The notes beneath the pieces were generated by a model. That model had not been told where the DNA came from and searched no databases. It worked only from the letters and a program-made list of their open reading frames with translations. From positions 944 through 64,943 of the forward strand of contig CAZCGK010000006.1 in assembly GCA_964498245.1 (NCBI GenBank): DNA of 64,000 nucleotides, read 5' to 3'. Below, in pieces: positions 8,926 to 19,400 of this stretch; the stretch's first letter is position 1, and each line of letters opens with the position of its first letter. The position numbers and the translations under genes were made by a program. This DNA is from an uncultured archaeon. GTDB taxonomy: Archaea > Aenigmatarchaeota > Aenigmatarchaeia > QMZP01.

Positions 8926-9622
8926 CTTTATCACTCTCCGATTTTTTCTTTATTTCTTCGTCCAGCATTTTTGAGATTTTTTCTGTCAATCCTTCTGCAT
9001 GGGGTTCTTTTTCTATCGTATCTATTACTCTTTTTACGAGTTTTACATTTTCACCATCAACCCACAGGATGCCGTTTTGTCCTACACTTATTTTACAACC
9101 CGTTTTTTCTTTTATTATATTTATCATTGACCCACCTCTTCCTATTAATCTTGGAACTTTGGCTGAGCTCATTTTTAGTATCATTCCTCTTCTGAATTTT
9201 TTGGCACGAGGATCGTGCATTGTAAGGTATATAGAACTTCCGCTGATATGGGATATTTTTGTGTAAAGGGTATCACCTATTCCATAAACACTGGAAAGAT
9301 CGGTTTTTGTGATGTCTATAAATCTTGTTATACCGAAAAGTGGCAGATAAGCTTCATGAACGGAATTTATATCCAACACCCAGCCATTGGTCTGTATATC
9401 TATTACCTCACCTATTACCATATCTCCAACTCTCGGAACATAGACACCTGATAAGGGTATTACTGATATCACTCTTCCCTGAACAGAGACTATACCTACC
9501 TTTTTTGAGATAATGGCTTTATCTTCTCTAAAACAATTCTTTCCAGGTATATAATCCATAGATTCTATTATTTTTTCTCCCGGTAATACCACTTCTCTTT
9601 CCCTTCTGAGCAATTTTGCCAT
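8915..9622 (-). CDS. rrp4: Exosome RNA-binding protein Rrp4
   Basis: VVLPGE; S1 domain (YVPRVGDMVIG); KH domain (VPRLIGRGGSMI, VGQNG). Confidence 0.95.
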   Translation of the reverse strand: MAKLLRREREVVLPGEKIIESMDYIPGKNCFREDKAIISKKVGIVSVQGRVISVIPLSGVYVPRVGDMVIGEVIDIQTNGWVLDINSVHEAYLPLFGITRFIDITKTDLSSVYGIGDTLYTKISHISGSSIYLTMHDPRAKKFRRGMILKMSSAKVPRLIGRGGSMINIIKEKTGCKISVGQNGILWVDGENVKLVKRVIDTIEKEPHAEGLTEKISKMLDEEIKKKSESDKDGG

Positions 9623-9681
9623 TTGATCACCTTTTTTTCTTTAAAGGAAAGATTTTTAAAACCTTTACCAGAAAGTGGAGT

Positions 9682-10380
9682 TTATGTTTTCTTTATTATC
9701 TTTGTTTCCACAGAACCAGAGGTTAACTCGTTGAGTTTTGCATATATTTCCGATTGCATCCCGGATGGGATTTGTATAACTGCCATCCACCCGTCTTCTT
9801 TCCACTCTTCTTTTTTTATCAATACCATGTTTCTTAGCACCGAGTTCACACGACCTGCATACTGAATGGGAATCTTCACTGCTATCTCTACAGTTTCTAC
9901 TTTTATTGGAATTATCTCTCTGATCTTTTCCAGTACATACTCGAACTGTTCCTTGGGTGGTCTGAAGGGGTCTATATTTATCCTTGCCTCTTCCATCGCA
10001 TTCAGTATTCTACCGATCGGATGTGGTAAATTGGTTTTAGGATCTACACCCTTTCGGGATATCATATATGCTATTTGTTTTTTGTTTTCCTCAACGAGTT
10101 TTCTTCTCTGTTCTGTGGTAAGCTGTATATCCCCGTTTTTTATTATGTCTTCTGCAACCTTGTATACATCTGTAGTGCCGAAATGTTTCACGAGCTCCCT
10201 TTCTGGTACCCTTTCCCCTTTTTTTGCATCTTTGAATATTTCATGCACGGCAAGAATATTTTCTATGGAAATATTTTTGCCTTTTTTAAATTCCAAAGCA
10301 AGCTCCGAATCAACCAGGATTTCAAACTGGGTGTTGTTCTTTCGAAGCCTTGCTATTACAGCCTTATCGAGAGAAACCAT
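9682..10380 (-). CDS. Ribosome maturation factor SBDS/Sdo1
   Basis: AVIARL...FEILVD, IFKDAKKG, QLTTEQRR, PHP..RI..AM.EA motifs. Confidence 0.95.
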   Translation of the reverse strand: MVSLDKAVIARLRKNNTQFEILVDSELALEFKKGKNISIENILAVHEIFKDAKKGERVPERELVKHFGTTDVYKVAEDIIKNGDIQLTTEQRRKLVEENKKQIAYMISRKGVDPKTNLPHPIGRILNAMEEARINIDPFRPPKEQFEYVLEKIREIIPIKVETVEIAVKIPIQYAGRVNSVLRNMVLIKKEEWKEDGWMAVIQIPSGMQSEIYAKLNELTSGSVETKIIKKT

Positions 10381-10392
10381 AAAACCCCCCGA

Positions 10393-11088
10393 TTACTTAT
10401 TACCAGTAAGGTTTGTTTTTTCAATTTTTCCCTTTCTTATTATCACAGATTCTATATATTTGTCTTTCATGCCCTTTTCTCCGGCTTTCAGTGCCTTAAG
10501 TGCCAGTTCCTTTGCCTGCTTGAGATCCATATTTTCTTTATATCCAGCATTCAAAATCCTTTTTGCCTTTTCTGAACCTCTTCCTATTGCCTGTGCTTTC
10601 CACTCAATCATTGTTCCAGAAGGCTCTGTTTCAAAAAGCCTCGAACCTGTTTTATCCACACCTCCTATAAGGAGTCCTACACCGTACGGTCTTACACCTG
10701 CATATTGTGTGACCAAATGCTTTCTATCGGCAATGAATTTCGTAAGGGTTTTTACAGATATTGGTTCACCATAGGTTATCATATTTATTTGCGCCTTTAT
10801 TCTTGCTATATCTATAAGACTTCTTGCATCTGCAATCGAACCTGCACTCACAGCAGCAATGCTATCATCTATTTCGTATATTTTCTTAAATGATTCTGAA
10901 ACTGCAAGAGGCATTGACTGCTTTACCGCTGCAAGAATAACAGCATCCTTTAAGACTATTCCTACAGAAGTGGATCCGTTTTTTACCATTTGTCTTGCAT
11001 ATTCTACTTGAAGCAATCTTCCATCTGGTGAAAATACGGTAATAGTTCTGTCATAAGCCATGTAGTTTGGTGGTATTGGTTGGGGCAT
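10393..11088 (-). CDS. psmA: Proteasome alpha subunit
   Basis: AYDRTITVFSPDGRLLQVEYA; RPYGVGLLIGG; LFETEPSG. Confidence 0.97.
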   Translation of the reverse strand: MPQPIPPNYMAYDRTITVFSPDGRLLQVEYARQMVKNGSTSVGIVLKDAVILAAVKQSMPLAVSESFKKIYEIDDSIAAVSAGSIADARSLIDIARIKAQINMITYGEPISVKTLTKFIADRKHLVTQYAGVRPYGVGLLIGGVDKTGSRLFETEPSGTMIEWKAQAIGRGSEKAKRILNAGYKENMDLKQAKELALKALKAGEKGMKDKYIESVIIRKGKIEKTNLTGNK

Positions 11089-11206
11089 GAAAACCACTTT
11101 AACAAATTAATCTTGCATTTTCAGTAAATATAATAAAGGATATGTTATATATAAAAGTTCGGAATATAAAAAACTTTTAAGTTTTAATTTTTTTAAGGAG
11201 TTGTGT

Positions 11207-11596
11207 ATGCCAAACAAATGCACTCGTTGCGGGAAAATATTTCCAGATGATTCTAAAGAGATTTTAAACGGTTGTGATGAATGTGGATCGAAATTCTTTT
11301 TTTACATTCGTCCAGAAGCACTTGAAAAAGCAGAAAAGGAATTAAAAGCTTTGAGCAAAAAGGAAGTTGAGGAAATAGAAAAGGATATAAGGCAGATTAT
11401 ATCCACACCTGCAGAGGAAGAAACCGTTGTCTTGGACCTCGAAGCGATAAGGGTAATAAAACCGGGTAAGTATAAGATAGATGTGGTCAATCTCTTTAAT
11501 CAAAGACCCATAGTTATAAGAGTTGGTCCAGGAAGATACGAAATTGACCTCTCAACATTAATGACGAGATTGAAAAGAAAGCCTCGATGGGGATAG
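11207..11596 (+). CDS. Zn-ribbon protein, DUF2072/OapC-like
   Basis: MPNKCTRCG...ILNGCDECGSKFFFY; C-terminal IRVIKPGKYKIDVVNL. Confidence 0.8.
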   Translation: MPNKCTRCGKIFPDDSKEILNGCDECGSKFFFYIRPEALEKAEKELKALSKKEVEEIEKDIRQIISTPAEEETVVLDLEAIRVIKPGKYKIDVVNLFNQRPIVIRVGPGRYEIDLSTLMTRLKRKPRWG

Positions 11597-11605
11597 GGAT
11601 TTGAT

Positions 11606-11863
11606 ATGATGGATATAGCTTTTGTTTCAGGAATGTCAGGTCTGATATGTTTGCTTTTGGCTTTTATTATGAATCTTTTCAAGAAGTTTTCCCAAGAATC
11701 ATCAAGCTATCTCCTATTAAACATTGTGGGTGGAACATTGCTGGGATATTATGCTTATACTTTAAACAGCATTCCCTTTCTTATTCTTGAAATCATATGG
11801 ACAGGATTTGCTTTTTATAAGCTTTTAAGGGTCTTAATTTTCCATTCTCGAATAAATAAATGA
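11606..11863 (+). CDS. Small 3-TM membrane protein (CBU_0592-like)
   Basis: Hydrophobic pattern G..CLLLAF...YLLLNIVGG..L..Y.......F..LE.IW. Confidence 0.6.
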   Translation: MMDIAFVSGMSGLICLLLAFIMNLFKKFSQESSSYLLLNIVGGTLLGYYAYTLNSIPFLILEIIWTGFAFYKLLRVLIFHSRINK

Positions 11864-11878
11864 AAGAATTGGAACTAT

Positions 11879-13462
11879 TTAAAATCTTCCTATTTTTAAA
11901 GCGGCTGCTGAAGGGATTTTTTCCCTTTTCGATTTGATGATATAGGCTATAACACCGGCGGTAATACCAATAACTATCAGGATTATTATAATAGTTATCA
12001 TTCCTGGCTGAGCTCCTGGAACTTTCACACAGGTATTTTCAGAGCATCCATATTGGCATATTTCTATCAGCTTCCATTCTGTGCCTTCTGGAGAACATTC
12101 TTCAAGTTTGTTTCCAGAACATCTCCTTTCTCCTGGTTTGCATATTTGTGAAATTTGTTCTGGAATTTCCAGAGATTGAGCATAAAGTTCTGTTTCCAGA
12201 GAGTTCAAAACACTTTCGTCTACTTCGGATTCCACTGTGTAGGTTATTACTATTTCATCACCTTCGCTCATCTCAGAATAAAGGAAAAGGTATTCCGGAT
12301 CCCTTTCTACAACTTCTATGGTTGCTCCCGGAGCCGTGACTGTGATATTATCTGCACTTTCTGCAAAGGTTTTCGGAATCTTTTCATATATCATAAAGTT
12401 CTTGACTTTTCCTTTACCTTTGTAAGTATAGTGATTCTCTATCACGGATTTTCCATCAGAATATCGGAAGTTTCTTTTGGCTTCTACATGTGGGGTTATG
12501 GATTCCGAGAGTCTGAGGAGATTTTCTTTAGCCTGCTCACTGAGATTTGCAAGGCCGAGAACCTTTTCTATAGCTTTCTGGAGTTTTGTGTTTTCTCTCA
12601 AACCAATGCCGGGAACAAGTGTGGGTTTTGATGTTGCATTCTTTTCTGGTGATACAGTTGGTCCTGCTGCCATGATTGCTCCGCCTGTAACACCAGTTTC
12701 ACCTGTGGTTGCTCCACCCGTTGTTGTCTGAGCTTCCTCCTCTGCTGGTGTTATGGTCAATGTGGTGGATGCCTGATCTCCAACGGCATTCTGAGAGGTT
12801 ACTGTAGCATAGATATGGTAAGTTCCTGGTGAAAGATCGCTTGTGGAGAATGTCCAGGATTTCTGTATGGTTTTCTGTGCACCAGAAGAGTATATGGTAT
12901 TATCATTCCAGTCGGTTATGGAGGATATTGATGGGTTTGTGGTCATATCTGCATCCACATCCGTTATATCCACGGTTGCGGTTGTGGAGATCTCCAGTAT
13001 AACGGTTACGGAATCTCCCTGCGTGACTGTGTAAGGAGCATTGAGAAAGCTTGCCGTTACCGAGTTTGGAGAGGTTATGGTAACCACAGTCTGCTGTGAG
13101 GATATGGATTCTTCTGTGTTTGCCTGGAAATTCCATGTTATTGTCCTGTCTGACGGATTGTACTGACATGCCATGCTCTTTGCTTCAAAGGTTATCTGGG
13201 CTGAAGGGGAATCCTGTCTCAGGCTGAAGGGTATGGTATCTACCGGAGAGAGGCAGTTTGCATCATAACCAGCAGCCGTAACCGTTACAACTGTATCCCC
13301 GGTTATGCCCGTACAGCTTACGGATATCGTTCCTGTCTCACCAACGGCTATAGTTTTTGTGCTTTCTGTATTTGTACAGGATATTGTTGCATTAGCAGAG
13401 CTAAAACTGAGAAAAACTGTCAGCAAGATTGCAATTACTGTTATTAGGATTTTCCTCTCCAT
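11879..13462 (-). CDS. Cell-surface protein with signal peptide, Ig-like domains, 6-Cys module and C-terminal TM anchor
   Basis: N-terminal signal peptide; Thr/Gly-rich linker; C-x6-C-x7-C-x12-C-x3-C-x4-C at 12029-12142; TM (ITIIILIVIGITAGVIAYII) followed by a basic tail. Confidence 0.8.
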   Translation of the reverse strand: MERKILITVIAILLTVFLSFSSANATISCTNTESTKTIAVGETGTISVSCTGITGDTVVTVTAAGYDANCLSPVDTIPFSLRQDSPSAQITFEAKSMACQYNPSDRTITWNFQANTEESISSQQTVVTITSPNSVTASFLNAPYTVTQGDSVTVILEISTTATVDITDVDADMTTNPSISSITDWNDNTIYSSGAQKTIQKSWTFSTSDLSPGTYHIYATVTSQNAVGDQASTTLTITPAEEEAQTTTGGATTGETGVTGGAIMAAGPTVSPEKNATSKPTLVPGIGLRENTKLQKAIEKVLGLANLSEQAKENLLRLSESITPHVEAKRNFRYSDGKSVIENHYTYKGKGKVKNFMIYEKIPKTFAESADNITVTAPGATIEVVERDPEYLFLYSEMSEGDEIVITYTVESEVDESVLNSLETELYAQSLEIPEQISQICKPGERRCSGNKLEECSPEGTEWKLIEICQYGCSENTCVKVPGAQPGMITIIIILIVIGITAGVIAYIIKSKREKIPSAAALKIGRF

Positions 13463-13463
13463 A

Positions 13464-16400
13464 TCACACTACCTCGTAATCTACAAATGTTATATCCACA
13501 GGCTCGTCTGAGAAGAACTGCTGACTTTTGTAGAAGAATGGTATGAGCAGCGTGTATTTGCCTGGTTGTGGTTGAGTGAGGAATGTTACATGCGCCTGTC
13601 CTGTGGAATTCATATATATTGCAGACCCGTACCAATTATCCTTTCCGCTTTCCGGACCCCCACCGAATAATTCAAATAACGGAATAGCTCCTCCGGTCTT
13701 TGTTAGATGTCTTACGAAGGGTGCCATCATAAGATTTTGCGAGGCATTTATGATTCCATTAATAAACTCACCTGGTGAGAATGGTCCTGTATCAGTTAGG
13801 GTTACCTTTGTTTGACTATCAGAACCATGTATTACTATCATGTACCCTTCCATATCGCTTATATTACTTGGAGTTTCAATTACCTGAAGGAATATGAGTG
13901 CAGGTCCTGAAGTTGTATTGGTTGGAATGGTTAGATTGAGTGAAAGGTTTCCATCGGGAGAGAGGAAACCGTAACCCTCATCCACCACGGGTACTTCCTC
14001 ATCGCCTGTGGGTTTGAACTGAAGTGTTTGCAGTTTTGCTCTTACCTCTCCCATTACTGGAGAACCGCTCTGGTTTCTAACGGTCAAGAAAAGTGTAATA
14101 TTTTCTCCTGGTTTGTATTCCAGCTTGCTGATATTTACAGTTATGTTGAAGTTTCTTACCAGGAATGGTTTTTCTGCCCAAGTGCTTCCCATTTCTGGAA
14201 CATTGACATCTACACTTGCATGATATTCACCTGCTGGAAGGTTCGAAAGAATGAATGTTACGGTTCCGTTTTGGGATGTGAGATTATACATCGGTGGAAT
14301 TTCGGGACATCCAGTAGTAGTCTCATTATCTTCGGGGGGCGGTTCAATCATCATACACCAAACATTAAGAGTAACCGATGCATTTGCCACTGGGACTCCT
14401 ATACTGTCCGTGACATTCACGGTTACATTTACGGTCTCATTAACAAAGAACTTTTCTTTTCCATTACCAAGTATTATTTTAACATTCATCGGTTTTATCA
14501 TGAACCATCTCTCTGCTTTCTGAACTGTGCCGTTATATTCAACTTCAAGTTGGAGGAGGTAGTTTCCTGGAGCTGAAGGTGTAACAAAGTTTCCTATCAC
14601 TTCTCCATATGAATCTGTTGTGTAGTTCTCGGATGATGGATAGATTTCAACCGGTTGCCAGCTCCATTCATCGATCAGTTGCCTCTTATATACTGTTGCT
14701 CCGACAACAGGATCACCGCTTGCATTCATAATTTTTATCCAGAATTGCACATTCTTGTTGGTCTGGAGGATTTCGTTCATGAGGAAGGACACCTGGAAAC
14801 TAACTACTCTGAAATGGACTCTATGTTCTGTGCTTATACCTGAACAGGTAACATTGAGTTTGGCTTCATATTCTCCGGGGTTTAGAGTCTCCGGAATCGT
14901 GAAGACAAGTCTCACTCCTGGAGGTCCCGGGCCTTCGTATGCTCCAAGATACCACTGCTGTATGCTTGATCTGTCTGCTTCCAAGTTCCAAGACTGGGTA
15001 TCTCTTATTTCCACAAGCTCAAACTTTTCACAGGAACTCTCTTCATCAATATCCTGCCAATCAGCTGACCAGACCTCTATAATTACTGTGGCGTTTTCTC
15101 CTGCCCATGCATCGTGTGGTTCCATCCATGCATTTATATAATGTTCACCTTCGCTTTTTACTTCAAACCATCTCCATTCTTCAAAGCTCTCTACACCCTT
15201 ATCACTCTGAATATCTACCTTGAATATAGCATCATATGAGCCTCTCTCTGTAGGAACAGTGAAAGTAAGATATGTTGTATTTGTGGTGGTTGTATTGCAT
15301 ACACCATAGAACGTTTCTACTCCTGTGAAGATGTTCCTTACCCTGTCAAGACAGAAATTTACATTGGTTATATTGCTCGTATCACCTGAGATTGATAACT
15401 TTGCTGTGAGCGATCCGCCTTCTATTGCAGTGTCAGGCATGCATGTTGACACATCAGGTGGACAGACAAAACTGATGCTCACACCGAACTGAGTAACCAT
15501 GAACCATACATGTCTTTCTGTTGAACTTACCGTTCCTGAAATATTGGCTGTAACATTTATTATGGCAACATATTCTCCTGTATCATTTGGAGCAATGAAT
15601 CTTAATTCAGCCCTGCCCGTGGTATCGGTTGTCTGATTATCCTTAATTACTTCGACAGATACTGGTATCCACCCATCAATCTTCCTGAATTCTATTATTG
15701 AAACATTCGCTCCTGCGACTTTATTTCCTTCGGGATCGTTAACATATACAGCAATTATCGCATTTTCACCCTCTGATAATCTGTCTGTGTTGCTGTTTTC
15801 TCCTATAACCCAAGCGTCAGCAAAAAATGTTGCAACCTCAAATCCTTCCCAGTAAGTTGCAGCGTCCTTACCTGCTATGATTTCCGCTTCGTAACGAGCT
15901 GGTTCACCCGGAACAGGTATGTTTATATATTTGAATCCTGAGGAATCTGTTTGGCCCAGATAATAATAACTTATATTTTGTCCTGGCTCCCACAGACCGT
16001 GTTTCCATATTCTCACACTTATATCAACACCCTCTTGCGGAGACCCTGATTTGAAAACATAAAGTCTTCTTGTAAAGTTCTCTCCAGGTAAATAAATCCA
16101 TTTATCATCCATTCTGTCTATTCTAAGCTCATAGGTGTTTATATCAAATCCTGTCCATGTGATTTCATTTCCATCTCCTTCTCTGAGTTTGACATCGACC
16201 TTTCCTGTGAGATTTGCTGGTAAAGTGAAACTAAGCGTGGCTATACCTGAAGGGTCTGTATCTATATACTGAGTTGTGAAACTCACATCATCCATTATGC
16301 TCCTGTGTTCTTTCTGTGAGTAGATTTCATCTATTGTTATGTTAATTCCTGACCATGCGGTACCGTTTGGGTATCTTAAAACAGCTTTTATGGTCACATT

Positions 16401-19400
16401 ATCTCCTGGAGAGAACGGTCCGCCTTCAGGCCATGCCCAGAATTCTTTGGTTCGGACATTGAAATGATAATATTCTGTGGTAATCTTATCATCAGCAAGG
16501 GTTTTGAATTCAAGTTGTGCTTCGTATTCCCCTGGACCAAGATTTGGTGTAAAACTATATTGTTCATAAGACCCGGCATTGGCTGTTATATTGGTTTCAT
16601 TGAGATTATTTACACCTGTTGATGTCCAGTCCCAGGTATTCTTTATATCCACAACTGTAACAGTAACATTTCCCTGATATTCACTTCCATTGGGATAGAG
16701 AATATCAAACACGATCGTCACATCCTCTCCCGGAGAGATATCATGTACTGTATTGGGATCCCAGTGGATTATTTCTATTTTGTAGGAACCTGCTTCAAAC
16801 CAGTAAAACTTCTCTGCACTTCCAACTTCCGCTACCAGTGTATATCTGCCTGGAGTATCTATAGTGATGTTCTGAAGGGTAAACCCTTGGGAGGTTATGT
16901 TGATCGTATGTTCTTGAAGAGTTATCCATCTGTAATCGTCTTTCAGTATTACTCTTCCTTCAACAGTTTCATTAGGTGCCGGTGTTACAGTTATATTAAA
17001 TGTTATCGGCTCTCCTGTGAAGAATCTTCTTTCCTCCCCTACAGGCGGAACTGTATCTATGGTGATTTCATAATCGCTTATCTTGAACCACACTTCTCTC
17101 ATTCTGCTTTCACCACTCGGAATATGGGTTACATTAAACCTTGCTATGTATTCTCCTGCTGAGAGTCCGGATGTAGTAAAGGTTATTCTCTTTCTGTTCA
17201 TCGGTGAGGTTTGGTTTTCTACAGTTATCTGTGAGGTTATTGCCGAAGATATGTTAAGCCAAGTTTTTCTGTCTCTGAGATCTATAAAGGAAAGAACGTA
17301 ATTTGATGGGTTCTCCAGAGCTCCTGAACTCAGTTCTACAACAATAAAGAGTTCTACTTCATCCTGCGGTGTAAATGAACCCTTTTCGGTGAAAGCATGA
17401 ACCTCAAAAGACTGGATGGAAAAACCTATGTAAACTCTTCTTCCATTTTCGCATTCTGTTCCTGGATCGGTTCCTTGCTTGTAAACACAGAGCTCTGCTT
17501 CGTATTCTCCGGGCTGAAGGTTATCTGTTATTATATTGTACGTTCCTGTTCCTGATACATTTAAGGGATTTTTAGAGTATCCGGAAATAGAAGTACCGGA
17601 CCACATATCTCTTAGTGCTTGAAGGTGAACTGTTATGTTGATAGGAGAACCATCCGGATTTCTGGCATCGAGATATACCGTTATATTCTGTCCAGTATCA
17701 TAGGCCCATTTTTCAGTCCAGAAATTCAGATCGAATGTCTTCACCCTGAACCATCTTTTAGAAACAATTATGTTTCCCGTTACATTATCTGTGACACTTA
17801 CATAAAGAACATACTCTCCTTCTGATGAAGGGGAAATGAATGTAAGGTAATTACTCTCCTGTATATTGCTGGTGATGGTCTGAAGTTGAGTTTCCGTTCC
17901 TGTATCCATACTCCTGTACTTCATACTGAGCTGGGAGACACTTATTTCTCCGCCTGTTGGATTGGATATATTCACTTCAACCTGAATTGTGGAGCCTGCA
18001 GGAAACTCTTCCATTTCATTTCCGTTTTCATCAAAAAGTTTGACGTTTACAGCAATGCTTCTAACCTCGAATTCAGGAAGTAACCACGGATCTTTTTGTA
18101 ACTCTCCGCTAACATTAACCATCGGTCTGTACACACCGGATTCTTTAGGTGCTTTGAAAATGACCTTCGTTCTACCCCCTGCATCTGTTGGAGATGCCTG
18201 ACCGACCATTTTAGCCTCCTTAAAGGTCCAGGGCCATGACTCGGTATTGACAAGCTGATATACGCTAACATTTTTTCCCTCCAGAGCGGAACCACCAGGG
18301 TCTTTAACAGTTATCCACATTTCGACGTTTTCTTCAGGTGCATAAACTCTCTTCGATGGATTTACAAGCTCACCGGAAATCTGATAGTTCTGAACAGAAA
18401 ACCATACATAAGCATCAGAGGTTGCACCGAGATCGTAAGCGTTAACCCTTACAACTGCTTCATACTGTCCAATGGGAAGGTTTGATACACTAAAACTGAA
18501 ATCTACAGTTATTTCATTTCCAGTAGTGTTCTTTGAATAGCCATAGGGATAAAGGCTTTTATCAATCTCGGTCCAAGTCATAGTATCTCTTAGCTCTACA
18601 AGAGTCAGGGTTGCGTTTACGGGAGAACCATCAACTTTTTTGACCACTATCTTCATACTTGCATTTCCGGATTGAGACACATACCAAGGATCAGCCCATC
18701 CATAAACTTCCAGAACCGAAACTTCAAACCATACTTCATGTAATTCTTCTTTTTGCTCACTATCATTCGATCTTACCTTTATTATAGCCATGTAGTAGCC
18801 CTGATCCAAACTCTTTCCTGCCTTTGCTTTTATCCATACATTCGCAACTCCTCCTGAAGTTTGACTTGAATTGGATTTGTCGTAGATATCAATTGGAACA
18901 GGAACAGGAGGTCCTCTCTGAACATATAAAAGGTTTTCTATCGAAACCTCAGAACCGTCCGGAACTAATGTACCGTTGAAATATTCGGCATGTACCTCAA
19001 AGGTTATATTATCTGTTGGTTCAAATTTCCACCGGAATTCGCCTGTTTCGCTTTTCGTGTATGCCCATACATCAAGATTGCTTACTTTGAACCATGCTTC
19101 TCCCTTGTCTTTGTTTCCATTCATGTCGGTAAGCTCTATCTCAGCTATATAGGGACCGGAAGTTAGCTGAAGGTTGGATAAACTTAGTCTTAACACAGGC
19201 CTTCCCCATTCATCATCAGGAATTTCTTTATATTTGCTTACATTGAGATTTGTATATTCTCTGTGAGTGATTTCGTTTCTTATTTTTGTAATAGAAAGTG
19301 TATATTCGGATGAATCCACTCTGTTTGTATCTCCGTGACCACCGAGATTGTATACATTGATGTGGAAGTAAACCTCATCATTCGGACCGAATCTCCACTT

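Noticed and set aside
9866-10774. 302-aa + strand ORF, and many other 60-180-aa ORFs in the track
   Set aside because: They are antisense or alternate-frame shadows of well-supported genes (here SBDS/psmA), with no recognisable motifs or SD sites.
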